Assembly: GCA_963815195.1 (NCBI GenBank)
Contig: CAWFGE010000008.1
Coordinates: 256,001 to 320,000, forward strand
Length of the DNA stretch: 64,000 bases
From: an uncultured Planctomycetaceae bacterium
GTDB lineage: Bacteria; Planctomycetota; Planctomycetia; Planctomycetales; Planctomycetaceae
Reading direction: 5' to 3'
Shown here: one piece after another, positions 41,046 through 50,309 of the stretch
Layout of the letters: every line of letters begins with the position of its first letter
How positions within the stretch are numbered: the stretch's first letter is position 1
Program-made: the position numbers and the translations under genes
Notes under the pieces: model-generated
The model's database searches: none
The model's input: only the letters and a program-made list of their open reading frames with translations
Told to the model about the DNA's origin: nothing

Positions 41046-42305
41046 TTAAATCATTTCAAGGCCCGGCAACGTGCCGGTGCATTCGGCGAACGTGTCGGTT
41101 TCCAGGCCGAGACGCTCGAGCATGGAGACGAACAGCTTGGGCAGCGGGTGGTTGTTCCTTGGATCGAAGGCCAGATGCCGCCCGTGCTTGAATCCGCCGC
41201 CCGCAAGCAGGATGGGCATGTTTTTCGTGTCGTGGCTGCTCGCGTTGCCGAGGTTCGAGCCGAACAGCACCATCGTGTTGTCCAACAGGCTCGCGCCGCC
41301 TTCGCCGGAGTCGGCCAATTTCTTGAGGAAGCCGCCCAGGACCTTCATCATTTCGGTTTCCACGATGGTGAGTTGGGCGATCTTGTCGGGGTTTTTGCCG
41401 TGGTGGGAGAGCATGTGGTAATCGGTATCGACGCCTCGAATCGCGGGCACGGCATTCATGCCGGTATCGAAGAACGTCAAAAACCGCGTCGAGTCGGTTT
41501 CGATCGCCAGGTGCATCATGTCATACATCAGGCCCAGGCGTTCGAGCATCTTGCTGCGGTCGGTTTCGTCCCGCGGCGGTTTGACGTCCACCGGGGGCTT
41601 GGGGCGTTTCTCCCACGCCTGGGCTTTGACGAGCCGTTCCTCGGCTTCGCGGACGGCGTGGAAGTATTGGTCCATTTTCTCGCGGTCCCGGCCGCCCAAT
41701 TGCTTTTGCATCCGCCCCGCGTCGGCCAGCACGACATCCAGCACGCTTTGCCCGTCCTTGAGCCTTTGGACCTGCTTGGCCTTCTCGCTGGGTTTGCCTT
41801 CCAGGAACAATCGCTCGAACACCTGCGACGGGCGGGTCTCGGCGGGAATCTCCACGCCCGACCGCGACCACGACAACCCCGGACCCGACGAAGACAACGA
41901 CAGCGACCGAAACCGCGTTTCGGTGCCCAACTGCTCGGCGGCAAGTTGATCGAGCGAGATCGAGTTTTTGAAGCCCGCGCTATTGGGATGTTTCGCGGCC
42001 GTCAAAAACGATTTCCCCGACTGATGCCCGCCGTCCACCCCGGGATGCGAGGCTCCGGAAATGAACGTGAACCGGTCGCGAAACTCCGCGATGGCTTTGA
42101 GATACGGGGGCAAGTCATAACCCCGCCCCGTTTGCTCGGGGACGATGTTCGGCGCATGGAGGCCCAATCCCACATTCACCGCAACCAGCCGACGGCGCGG
42201 TGCCGGTGCCGCGGCGAAGGCGCGGAGTTGAAACGATTCCAAGAACGGCAAACCGACCGCGACGCCGGCGGCGCGGAGAAAAGTTCGTCGGGAAAGCCTG
42301 GGCAT
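41046..42305 (-). CDS. DUF1552 domain protein
   Basis: SRRTFLR Tat signal, 'ISLDQ.AA', 'HMLSHHG', 'LLDNTMVLFGS', 'PILLAGG'. Confidence 0.88.
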   Translation of the reverse strand: MPRLSRRTFLRAAGVAVGLPFLESFQLRAFAAAPAPRRRLVAVNVGLGLHAPNIVPEQTGRGYDLPPYLKAIAEFRDRFTFISGASHPGVDGGHQSGKSFLTAAKHPNSAGFKNSISLDQLAAEQLGTETRFRSLSLSSSGPGLSWSRSGVEIPAETRPSQVFERLFLEGKPSEKAKQVQRLKDGQSVLDVVLADAGRMQKQLGGRDREKMDQYFHAVREAEERLVKAQAWEKRPKPPVDVKPPRDETDRSKMLERLGLMYDMMHLAIETDSTRFLTFFDTGMNAVPAIRGVDTDYHMLSHHGKNPDKIAQLTIVETEMMKVLGGFLKKLADSGEGGASLLDNTMVLFGSNLGNASSHDTKNMPILLAGGGFKHGRHLAFDPRNNHPLPKLFVSMLERLGLETDTFAECTGTLPGLEMI

Positions 42306-44682
42306 TTAGGGTCTCCGAAAGAGTTCGCTTTGGACAATTTCATGAAGCAGCCCCCGAAAGCCATAGTTCTTCGGGGCGACGTTGTGGACGATGCGTTCGA
42401 TCTCCGGCCGATCCGAAAATCCCAGCCGCCGGCCCAGCGCATAAGTCAGGAGTTTTTTCGTCAAGCCGGCGGCGATGGCGTCTTGGTCGCTCAAGAGGAT
42501 TTTCTTGAACTCGCGAATGTCGTGGAAGGATTTTCCGTCGGGCGTGTGGCCGGTGGCATCGACCGGCAGGCCGATGCGGTAGCGGATCCAGGCGAACGTA
42601 ATCGGATGCTGCGAAAACCCGGGCCGTTTGCCTTCGCCCACCGTGCGGTAATTTTCCCGCCAACCGCCGATGACGTCGAAGTTTTCGAGGGCAAACCCGG
42701 GGGGATCGATCTGGTTATGGCACACCGCGCAGGATTCGACGTTCCGGTGCTTGGCGAGTTGTTCTCGCAGTGTCGTCGCGCCGCGGATGTCGGGTTCCAC
42801 CGCGGGCACGTTCGCGGGCGGCGGGGGCACGGGGCGTCCCAGAATGTTCTCCATCACCCACGCTCCGCGAAGGACGGGCGACGTGTTCGTGCCGTTGGCG
42901 GTGACTTTGAGAAGGCTCGCCTGCGTGAGCACGCCGCCGCGGACGCTGTCTTTCGGCAATGTGACTTTGCGGAACGCCTGCCCTTTGATGCCGGGGATGC
43001 CGTAGTGCTTCGCGAGGCGTTCGTTCAAAAACGTGAAGTCGGAATCCACAAAGCTGATCAGGCTCAAATCCTCATCGAGCACTTCCCGGAAGAAGCGGTG
43101 GGTTTCCTCGATCATCGAAATCCGCAACAGCTCGTCGAACTCCGGATACAAGTTCGCGTCCGGCGACGTGAAGTCGATGTCCCGCAAATTGAGCCATTGC
43201 CCCGTGAAGTTATCGACGAATACGGCGGCTTTGGGATCCTTCAACAACCGCTCGACTTGCCGGCGGAGGATTTGCGGATCGGCGAGCTTGCCTTGATCGG
43301 CGAGCGTCAACAGTTCCTCATCCGGCATCGAGGACCACAGAAAATACGACAACCGCGAGGCGAGCGCGTGCTGGCTGATGGTCTTTTCACCAGCCTCGTT
43401 GAGAAACAGAAACCCCGGCGAGCACAGAATTCCCTTGAGCCCCAACCGCAACGCCTCTTCAAAAGATCGGCCCGCAGCGAGGGCCTGCTCCACCAAATTC
43501 AGGTACGGTTCGAGTTCTGCAGGCTCGGATCGGCCGGCGGAAGGCGCGGGGCAGGATTCGGTTCAGAATGATTTTCGCGTCCGCCAAGGTTCCCGTTTGC
43601 GGATCGACATCGCCCAACAATTTCTTGCGGCTCGCGGGCGGCCATTTTTCCAAGGGGCCTTCGATGAGGATGTCGCCGATCTCGAGGCCCGGCTCGGGAT
43701 AGGTGTCGGCATCTTTCCGCGTGTCGCGGGTGCCGTAGCATTTGGGCTGAAACGTGCCGCCGTCTTCGAGAAGCTCATCGGTGAACTCGATCGTGGTCCA
43801 CTCGCCGGGCGGGACGTCGAAATAGCCCACGAGATGATTCTCCCGCCGGCCCACGATCGTATCGCCTGCGTAAATCCGCAAGGTCACCGGCTCGTCGCTT
43901 TGGATGGCCCGCACCTTGAACCGGCCGCGATACGTTCCCGCCGGGGCGCGGAGGCGGGCGAAGTTCACGAGGTTGGTCGGGCAATAATTCGATTGAAAAA
44001 TCACGAGGCCGTTCTCGGTCCGGCGAAACATCGAGCCGATGTGGCTCGCCAGGTAGGGCTTGCCGTCGTGCGTTTTTTGATCGAGCAGGTTCGTCGCGTG
44101 CCGGATGTGCTTGGGCGGTTTCGGCGGACCGAACACGGCATCGAGCGTGACATCCGCCGCCCGCAGATACGCCTGAGCCGCCTCCGCCGAGACCGCGAGG
44201 CCTTCGCCCACGTTGTCGAAGCCGGCGGTGGGATTGTCCTGCGGCAGCACATCTTTCACGCGGACGGCGACGCCGAACAAATCCCGCACCGTGTTTTCGT
44301 ATTCGTTGCGGTTGAGCCGCCGCAGCACCACATCGCTCCGGGCGCGATCCGCTTCGGTCAATGCGCGTTTCAATGTGGAAACGGCTTGGGATTTTTCCGC
44401 GGGCGACGGCCGCGGGTGATCCTTCGGCGGCATTTCGCCGGCTTCGAGACGGTCGTGAATCAAAACCCACCGCCGTAGGGATTCGGCATCTTTCAGATCG
44501 CCCGCCAGCGCGGAGAGATCCAATCCGCCCTCCGGCTCGGCTCCGGCGTGGCAGTCGAGGCAATGGGCTTTGAAGAACGGCTCCAAATCCGTGTGCCACG
44601 ATTCCGCGCGGCCTGGAACCGGGGGCGATCCCCAAACGGAAAGGACTGCAAAAAAATGAAGGATCGCGGCGGAGTATTTCAT
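42306..44682 (-). CDS. DUF1587/DUF1592/DUF1588/DUF1585 cytochrome c protein (frameshift near 43510)
   Basis: CLDCH, 'RRLNRNEYENTVRDL', 'LASRLSYFLWSSMPD', 'TSPVLRG.W', CAVCH. Confidence 0.88.
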
Positions 44683-44750
44683 GATCCCATCTTATCCAAA
44701 GGCCGGCCTCTCCGCGAATCGCCCATCAAGAAATCTTGACGCGTTTTCCC

Positions 44751-44833
44751 TTAAAGCGGCAAAGCCGCAACCAACGTCGCGGCGGCATCTTGCCGCCGTA
44801 GATCGATCTCGGCGGCTGGAAGCCGCCGCTACG
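44751..44833. repeat. REP-like repeat family A
   Basis: Similar to 5801-5873 and 46610-46636. Confidence 0.65.
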
Positions 44834-45076
44834 AAAGGTACGCGCACGCTGCCCAGAAGTTACAAACTCAGACTGTAAGCGGTTGGGTGGCTGGGGCGCC
44901 AATCCCGCTTTGAATAGGCCTCGAATTAAGAATTCTGGGGCTGTGGTCGGGCGAGAAAAATCTCGGACGGCCCCAGGACTCAAAGCCCCTTTTTCCTTTT
45001 GACATTTCTTTGCGCCCCAGCCACCCCTTCCACTTTCGGCTATAGTTTGAGTTGCAAACTCAGACACGATTCGTGT

Positions 45077-46585
45077 TCAGCCATTGCTGACCTCGCCGCT
45101 CCACAAGTCGCGCACGGCGGGCTTGGCGACTTTTCCCATCGCGTTTCGAGGCAACGCTTCGACGGCCAGGAACCGCTTGGGGATCTTGTATGGCGAGAGA
45201 CGCTCCCCGCACCAGGTTTGCAGGGCTTCCCAGTCGGGCGATCGGCCGGGACGCAGAACCGCCGCCACGGCGACAATCTCGCCCCAAGTGTCGTCGGGCA
45301 GCCCCACGACGGCGCACTCCGCGATGTCCGCGTGCTCCAAGAGGACCGCTTCGATCTCCAAGGCGGACAATTTGTATCCGCCGCTCTTGATGATATCGAC
45401 CGATTGGCGTCCCAGGATGCGGTAGTAGCCGTTTTCGCGGACGGCCAGATCACCAGTGCAAAACCAGCCGTCCTCGAAGGAGTCCCGCGTCACGCCGGGG
45501 CGGTTCCAATACTCGCGAAACACGCCCGGCCCTTTCACCTGGATCTCCCCCGGTTCGCCTTGGTTTTCGACGACTTCGCCCTCTTCCGATTTGAGCCGCA
45601 CCTCGACCCCCGGCAGCGGCTGGCCGACGGTTCCGGCCCGGCGTTCCCCGTGATAGGGGTTGGACAAAGCCATGCCGATCTCCGTCATTCCGTAGCGTTC
45701 CAACAGGACTTGCCCGGTCAAGGCGGACCATTTGTCGTGGATCGATTCCGGGAGCGCCGCCGAGCCGGAGACCATCAACCGCATCAAAGAAAAGCCGGCG
45801 ACGATGCGGGACCGCTCCTCGTCGGATCGATGCTCCAAGTCCTCGATCAGCTTCACATAAACTGTGGGCACCGCCATGAACAGCGTGTAGGCTTGGGCGG
45901 CGATCCGGTTCAAGATCGCTTCGCGGTCGAAACTCGGGAACGGTTCGAGCACGGCCCCGGACCACAGGGCCGAGCAGAGGATATTGATGATGCCGTGGAT
46001 GTGATGCAGCGGCAAAAACAGCGGAACGCAATCGTCTGCCTCCCATTCCCAGGCTTGGACCAGGGACTCGATCTGGGCGGCGATGTTGGCGTGCGTGGTG
46101 ACTACGCCCTTGGGTTTGCTGGTTGTGCCGCTGGTATAAAGGATCATCCCCCGCCGGTCCGGGGAGACTGTTGGCAGAGTCTTCTCCTTTGGTTCGAGGT
46201 CCTCATCGAGAATCAAAAGAGGCAGCCCAAGTTTTCGGCAGAGCGGCCGCAGTTGGTCGGCCATTGCCGCGGTGACAGCCACCTGGGACGACTCGGAATC
46301 CCGCAGCGTGTATTCGAGTTCCGGTTCCGCGGCCGAAAGGCTCAAGGGCACCGCGATCCCTCCCGCCCGCCAGGTCGCCCATTGGGCGGCGATGTAATCG
46401 GAACCGGCGGGCGCGAGGAACGCGATGCGGGCCTCGTTCAAATCCTCCGCGTCGCCCAGCATCGCCGCCGCGAGCCTCGCCGAGCGATCGAGAAGCTGCT
46501 GGAAGCTGGCTTCACCGCCAACCGAGCGAACAGCGACCGCATTTCCATGCCGACGAGCGTGGGCGATCAAAGGCAAGTCGTTCAT
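45077..46585 (-). CDS. Acyl-CoA synthetase (malonyl-CoA synthetase MatB-like)
   Basis: 'YTSGTTSKPKG', 'ERYGMTE', 'GWFCTGD', 'LPRNAMGKV'. Confidence 0.88.
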   Translation of the reverse strand: MNDLPLIAHARRHGNAVAVRSVGGEASFQQLLDRSARLAAAMLGDAEDLNEARIAFLAPAGSDYIAAQWATWRAGGIAVPLSLSAAEPELEYTLRDSESSQVAVTAAMADQLRPLCRKLGLPLLILDEDLEPKEKTLPTVSPDRRGMILYTSGTTSKPKGVVTTHANIAAQIESLVQAWEWEADDCVPLFLPLHHIHGIINILCSALWSGAVLEPFPSFDREAILNRIAAQAYTLFMAVPTVYVKLIEDLEHRSDEERSRIVAGFSLMRLMVSGSAALPESIHDKWSALTGQVLLERYGMTEIGMALSNPYHGERRAGTVGQPLPGVEVRLKSEEGEVVENQGEPGEIQVKGPGVFREYWNRPGVTRDSFEDGWFCTGDLAVRENGYYRILGRQSVDIIKSGGYKLSALEIEAVLLEHADIAECAVVGLPDDTWGEIVAVAAVLRPGRSPDWEALQTWCGERLSPYKIPKRFLAVEALPRNAMGKVAKPAVRDLWSGEVSNG

Positions 46586-46743
46586 TATGGCCCCCTATCA
46601 AACGCGGTCGATCGATCTCGGCGGCCGGAAGCCGCCCGTACAGAAGAGGCCTTATCCTGGGCTGTTAAATAATTGGTATTGAAGTCTAAAAACGCGGGTT
46701 CTGGCTTGCGCCACCTTGGTTCTCGTTTTTTGAGAAAGCATTA

Positions 46744-46990
46744 GGGCCGGACCTTCGGTCCTTTTTCTCAAATTCAGAAGTTCCAAAAAAGCTCAGGAAA
46801 TTGGTTTTGTTTTCAAGAGCCGCGCACGAAGTAAGCGGTTTTCAGGGACTCAGACAACGCAAGACCGCTTACTTCGTGCGCGGCTCAGGCATTTTTGGAA
46901 GTACTCAAATTTGAAACAGTTGAATTTACGAACGGTCGAAAAGCTGCGCAAAGACAAATCGTCGTCAACACCAATTTTCTAACGGCCCAG
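46744..46990 (+). repeat. 247-bp repeat (MITE/REP-like), inverted relative to 52925-53171
   Basis: 7 mismatches by manual alignment; internal 23-bp inverted repeat gagccgcgcacgaagtaagcggt. Confidence 0.93.
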
Positions 46991-46992
46991 CC

Positions 46993-47209
46993 TTATCCCT
47001 TGGGGGCGAGCCAATGGAGTTCGGCCGCGAGGGTTTGTTCGCGGTCCCGGTCTCCGCCGGCTTGGGCTTGTTCGATTTCCGAACGCAAGTATTCCACGCG
47101 GCGATGCGCGGACCACCAAACGCAAATCCGCCTTGCACCGCCGGCAGGTGTCTTGCGGCGCTTGCCTGGCCCGGCACACCGGACAGCGGAATTCGGGATC
47201 ATTGGACAT
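46993..47209 (-). CDS. Small CxxC/CxxC zinc-finger protein (one frameshift)
   Basis: MSNDPEFRCPVCRARQAPQDTCRRCKADL..., continuing as HRRVEYLRSE...LAPKG*; overlaps the Hsp70 stop. Confidence 0.6.
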
Positions 47210-49022
47210 AGAACAAGATGTCGTCCAACTCTTCACAAAGGCTGACCACCGCGGAGGGATCGTCGGCGGCCATCGCCTGGTTGAGGTTTTCGCAAAGCGA
47301 TTCGATATCCCGCGCGTCCTCGGTTTCCACGGAGGATTTGAGAGACTCCGCTTTTTTGAGGAGCGCCACGGCTTCGGGGAATTTCGATTCGAAGTTGGCC
47401 GCAGTCGCCGTCCCGGCCGCGGGAGAAGCTGACGTCTCGGCCGTTTGAACGCCCCACTGTTTCGGCGAGGGCAAATCCGCGTCATCCAGCAACTCGTCGG
47501 AGGCGTCGAACATCGCCCCCAACCGGGCCTCCGCGCGGTCGCGCTCGTCGGCTTGGAATTGGCTCAGGGCGTTGTCGATCGTCAATTCCTTGCTGATCCC
47601 CGTCGCCGGTTGGGTCGCGGTGACTTTCAACGTGCCGTCCAAGGTCAAATCGAACCGCACAACGATCTTGCTCCGATCCCCGCCGCCGGCTTCGAGATCA
47701 AGCAGAAACTCTCCAATGGACCGGTTGCGGTGCACTTCGGAGTACTCGCCTTGGAGCACGTGAATCGCCGCCACCTCCTGGTCGTCGTACATGGTCGAGT
47801 AAGCGTGTTCGTAGCGGGCCGGCAGCGGGCTGTTGCGATGAATGATCGGCGAGAACACCAGGCGCGGCCCGAAAATCGACGCGCCTTCGCAGGCTTCGAT
47901 CCCCAGCGTGTGCGGAGTGACATCCACCAGCACCGGTCCCACCGATTGCCCTTCGATCATCGCCGCTTGCACCGCGGCACCGAGCGCAACCGCCAAATCG
48001 GGATCGACCGCCCGGCTGGGTTCCCGCTGGAACTCGTCCCGCAGGCGTTCTTCCACGAGCGGAATCCGCGTGGACCCGCCGACCAGCACCAAATCCGCGA
48101 TTTGATGAATCGTCAACCCCGCATCGCGGAGGGCTTCATCCACGCTGTGGATCGTGCGTTCGACGAACGGTTCGATCAGATCTTCGAACTCCCGCCGCGT
48201 GACGGTCGCCGTCAGGTTGAGCGGCGCGCCGTCTTTCTCCGCGATGAACTCCTCGGCGATTTGCACGGTTTCTTCGGTGGATAGCCGGCGTTTGGCCGCT
48301 TCGCAGGCTTGAAGAACTCGATACCGCGTCGAGGCGTTTTCGCGGAGGTCGACTTGATGCTCGTCCGCGAACCGGTCGGCGACATGATCCAAGAGCGCCT
48401 GGTCGAGATCATCGCCGCCCAGTTGCGTGTCGCCTTTGCTCGAGAGCACTTCGACCACGCCGGCTTCCATGCGGACGATCGAGACGTCGAACGTCCCCCC
48501 GCCGAAGTCATAGACCAGGATGTGTTTCTGGTCGTGTTCCCCGGCATGGTAAACCAGCGTCGCGGCGGTGGGCTCGTTGATGATCCGCTCCACCTGGAGA
48601 CCGGCGAGTTCTCCGGCTTCGCGGGTGGCCTGCCGCTGGTTCTCGTCGAAAAACGCCGGGACCGTGATCACCGCGCGGTTCACGGCTTGCCCCAAAGCCC
48701 GGCTCGCGCGGTCCCGCAGGCGGCGGAGAATCATGGCGCTGATCTCCGGCGGCGTGAAAGTCTGGTTGCCCAGGGAGATCGGATCCATCGTTCCCATCCG
48801 CCGCTTGATCGAGGCGATCGTACGGTCGGGAAACGCCGCCAATTGATTCCGGGCCACCACGCCGGTGATGAGCTGCCCGTTTTGATTGAATCCCACGACC
48901 GACGGTAGAATCTTTTCGCCGTCTTCCTCAAGAACAGTCGGCTTCCCGTCAATAATCGCGGCCACCACGCTGTTGGTGGTTCCCAAATCGATTCCCACAA
49001 TTGGGCCTTCCGCATTGGACAT
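47199..49022 (-). CDS. Hsp70 family protein (non-housekeeping DnaK/HscC-like paralogue)
   Basis: GIDLGTTNS, TVPAFF, INEPTAA, DFGGGTFDVS, LVGGSTRIP. Confidence 0.95.
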   Translation of the reverse strand: MSNAEGPIVGIDLGTTNSVVAAIIDGKPTVLEEDGEKILPSVVGFNQNGQLITGVVARNQLAAFPDRTIASIKRRMGTMDPISLGNQTFTPPEISAMILRRLRDRASRALGQAVNRAVITVPAFFDENQRQATREAGELAGLQVERIINEPTAATLVYHAGEHDQKHILVYDFGGGTFDVSIVRMEAGVVEVLSSKGDTQLGGDDLDQALLDHVADRFADEHQVDLRENASTRYRVLQACEAAKRRLSTEETVQIAEEFIAEKDGAPLNLTATVTRREFEDLIEPFVERTIHSVDEALRDAGLTIHQIADLVLVGGSTRIPLVEERLRDEFQREPSRAVDPDLAVALGAAVQAAMIEGQSVGPVLVDVTPHTLGIEACEGASIFGPRLVFSPIIHRNSPLPARYEHAYSTMYDDQEVAAIHVLQGEYSEVHRNRSIGEFLLDLEAGGGDRSKIVVRFDLTLDGTLKVTATQPATGISKELTIDNALSQFQADERDRAEARLGAMFDASDELLDDADLPSPKQWGVQTAETSASPAAGTATAANFESKFPEAVALLKKAESLKSSVETEDARDIESLCENLNQAMAADDPSAVVSLCEELDDILFYVQ

Positions 49023-49175
49023 GGCGATTCCTTTTCGTTGGGGATGCTGGTTTGCTCAAACCCTAAGGCAGGCATTTCATTTCGTGAGTTTTTATTGCAT
49101 TCAAATGGGATTTTCCAGGCCGCAAGGGCCAGTAAAGGATAAAACATGCGGAGACGAGTTTGCGGTTTACGTCGA

Positions 49176-49892
49176 TTACTTCGCCACGCGGACATCCGCG
49201 AACCTGAGGACTTGCCCTTGCCAGCGGTAGCATGGGGAAATCTGTTCCGCGACGTGTCCGGAGGGATGCTCCGAGGAATCCATCGTGCCGATGGCGTTCA
49301 TGGTGTTCCCGTCGAACGGCTGCCCTTCGGTGTCGACTCGCTGAATGTCAAGATCCTTCATCGACCGGCGAAGCCGAGCCAAAACGAGGTTCAATCCTTC
49401 GATGGCGGAGCTTTCCTGGGTCTGTTCCCGGGCGCGGTGTTGCTCCTCGAGGAGTTTCAATAGCGGGCGGGCCAACCAGCGGGCCAAGGCGCTCAGGCTC
49501 GAAATCGATTGCTTAACCGCGTGCGATTCCGCCTCGTCGCAAAGGCGGCGGTTGGTTTCCGCCTGCTCGATGGCGCGGACCGCGCGTGTGAATTGATGGT
49601 CGCTTTCGGCGATCAGTTGGGCGAGTTGTTTGGATGCCTCGCCGGCCTGGTCGCTACTCTCCGGGACGCGGTCGAGGAGTTTCGCTTCGAGGTCTTGAAT
49701 CGCGGCGACCGCAGCTTGGATTTGCTCGGCGATGCCGCGGCTTTCTTTCGATTGCCCGCGCCATTCGTGGCGCATCGCCGTGAACGCTTCCACGATGTCC
49801 ACCGCGCCGAACTGCGGCCCCTCTTCTTGCGGTTGGTCCTCCTCGAAAGACGTTTTGTCGGAAGAAGAAAAGTCATAGGGCGAATCGCTCAT
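49176..49892 (-). CDS. GrpE-like nucleotide exchange factor
   Basis: Coiled coil, then 'GQPFD..MNAI...G.VAE..Y.W.G.VLR.ADVRV'. Confidence 0.85.
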   Translation of the reverse strand: MSDSPYDFSSSDKTSFEEDQPQEEGPQFGAVDIVEAFTAMRHEWRGQSKESRGIAEQIQAAVAAIQDLEAKLLDRVPESSDQAGEASKQLAQLIAESDHQFTRAVRAIEQAETNRRLCDEAESHAVKQSISSLSALARWLARPLLKLLEEQHRAREQTQESSAIEGLNLVLARLRRSMKDLDIQRVDTEGQPFDGNTMNAIGTMDSSEHPSGHVAEQISPCYRWQGQVLRFADVRVAK

Positions 49893-49908
49893 AGAAGATC
49901 CAACTGGG

Positions 49909-50268
49909 TTATTTCGGCTTCGTTTGATAATCGGGCTTGGTGTTCGAGGGAACGGGCTCGTCCGGATTGCGGTTCCCCAGGCTCAACAGGAACGCGGGCG
50001 TCAATTTGGGCGGGACTTTCTTCTGGGCGTCAATCGCCGCTTCCCAGGAAGGGGGTTCGTCGTCGGGCGGGGCGATCAGCCGCCGGGCGATCGACAACGG
50101 ATCCTTGGCGGCTTCGAAGGCCGCCCGAATTTCGCGAAACCGGTCCGGATCGCGGTCGGGTGGAAACTGCTTGACGAGTTCCAAGTACCGCGCGCGGATT
50201 TCCTCTTCGCTGGCGTCGCGGGACACGCCCAGAACGGTAAAGGGATCGCCCGCAGGTGAAGTGTTCAT
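49909..50268 (-). CDS. J-domain-like protein (PPD instead of HPD)
   Basis: 'DPFTVLGVSRDASEEEIRARYLELVKQFPPDRDPDRFREIRAAFE'. Confidence 0.85.
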   Translation of the reverse strand: MNTSPAGDPFTVLGVSRDASEEEIRARYLELVKQFPPDRDPDRFREIRAAFEAAKDPLSIARRLIAPPDDEPPSWEAAIDAQKKVPPKLTPAFLLSLGNRNPDEPVPSNTKPDYQTKPK

Positions 50269-50309
50269 CCGAGAATCTTTCAAACAAAGGGAATTAAGCC
50301 GACGACGAA

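Noticed and set aside
47199..49892. Housekeeping dnaK-grpE-dnaJ
   Set aside because: The J protein is only ~120 aa, lacking HPD, G/F and Zn-finger regions, and the Hsp70 C-terminal half is divergent, so symbols were not assigned.
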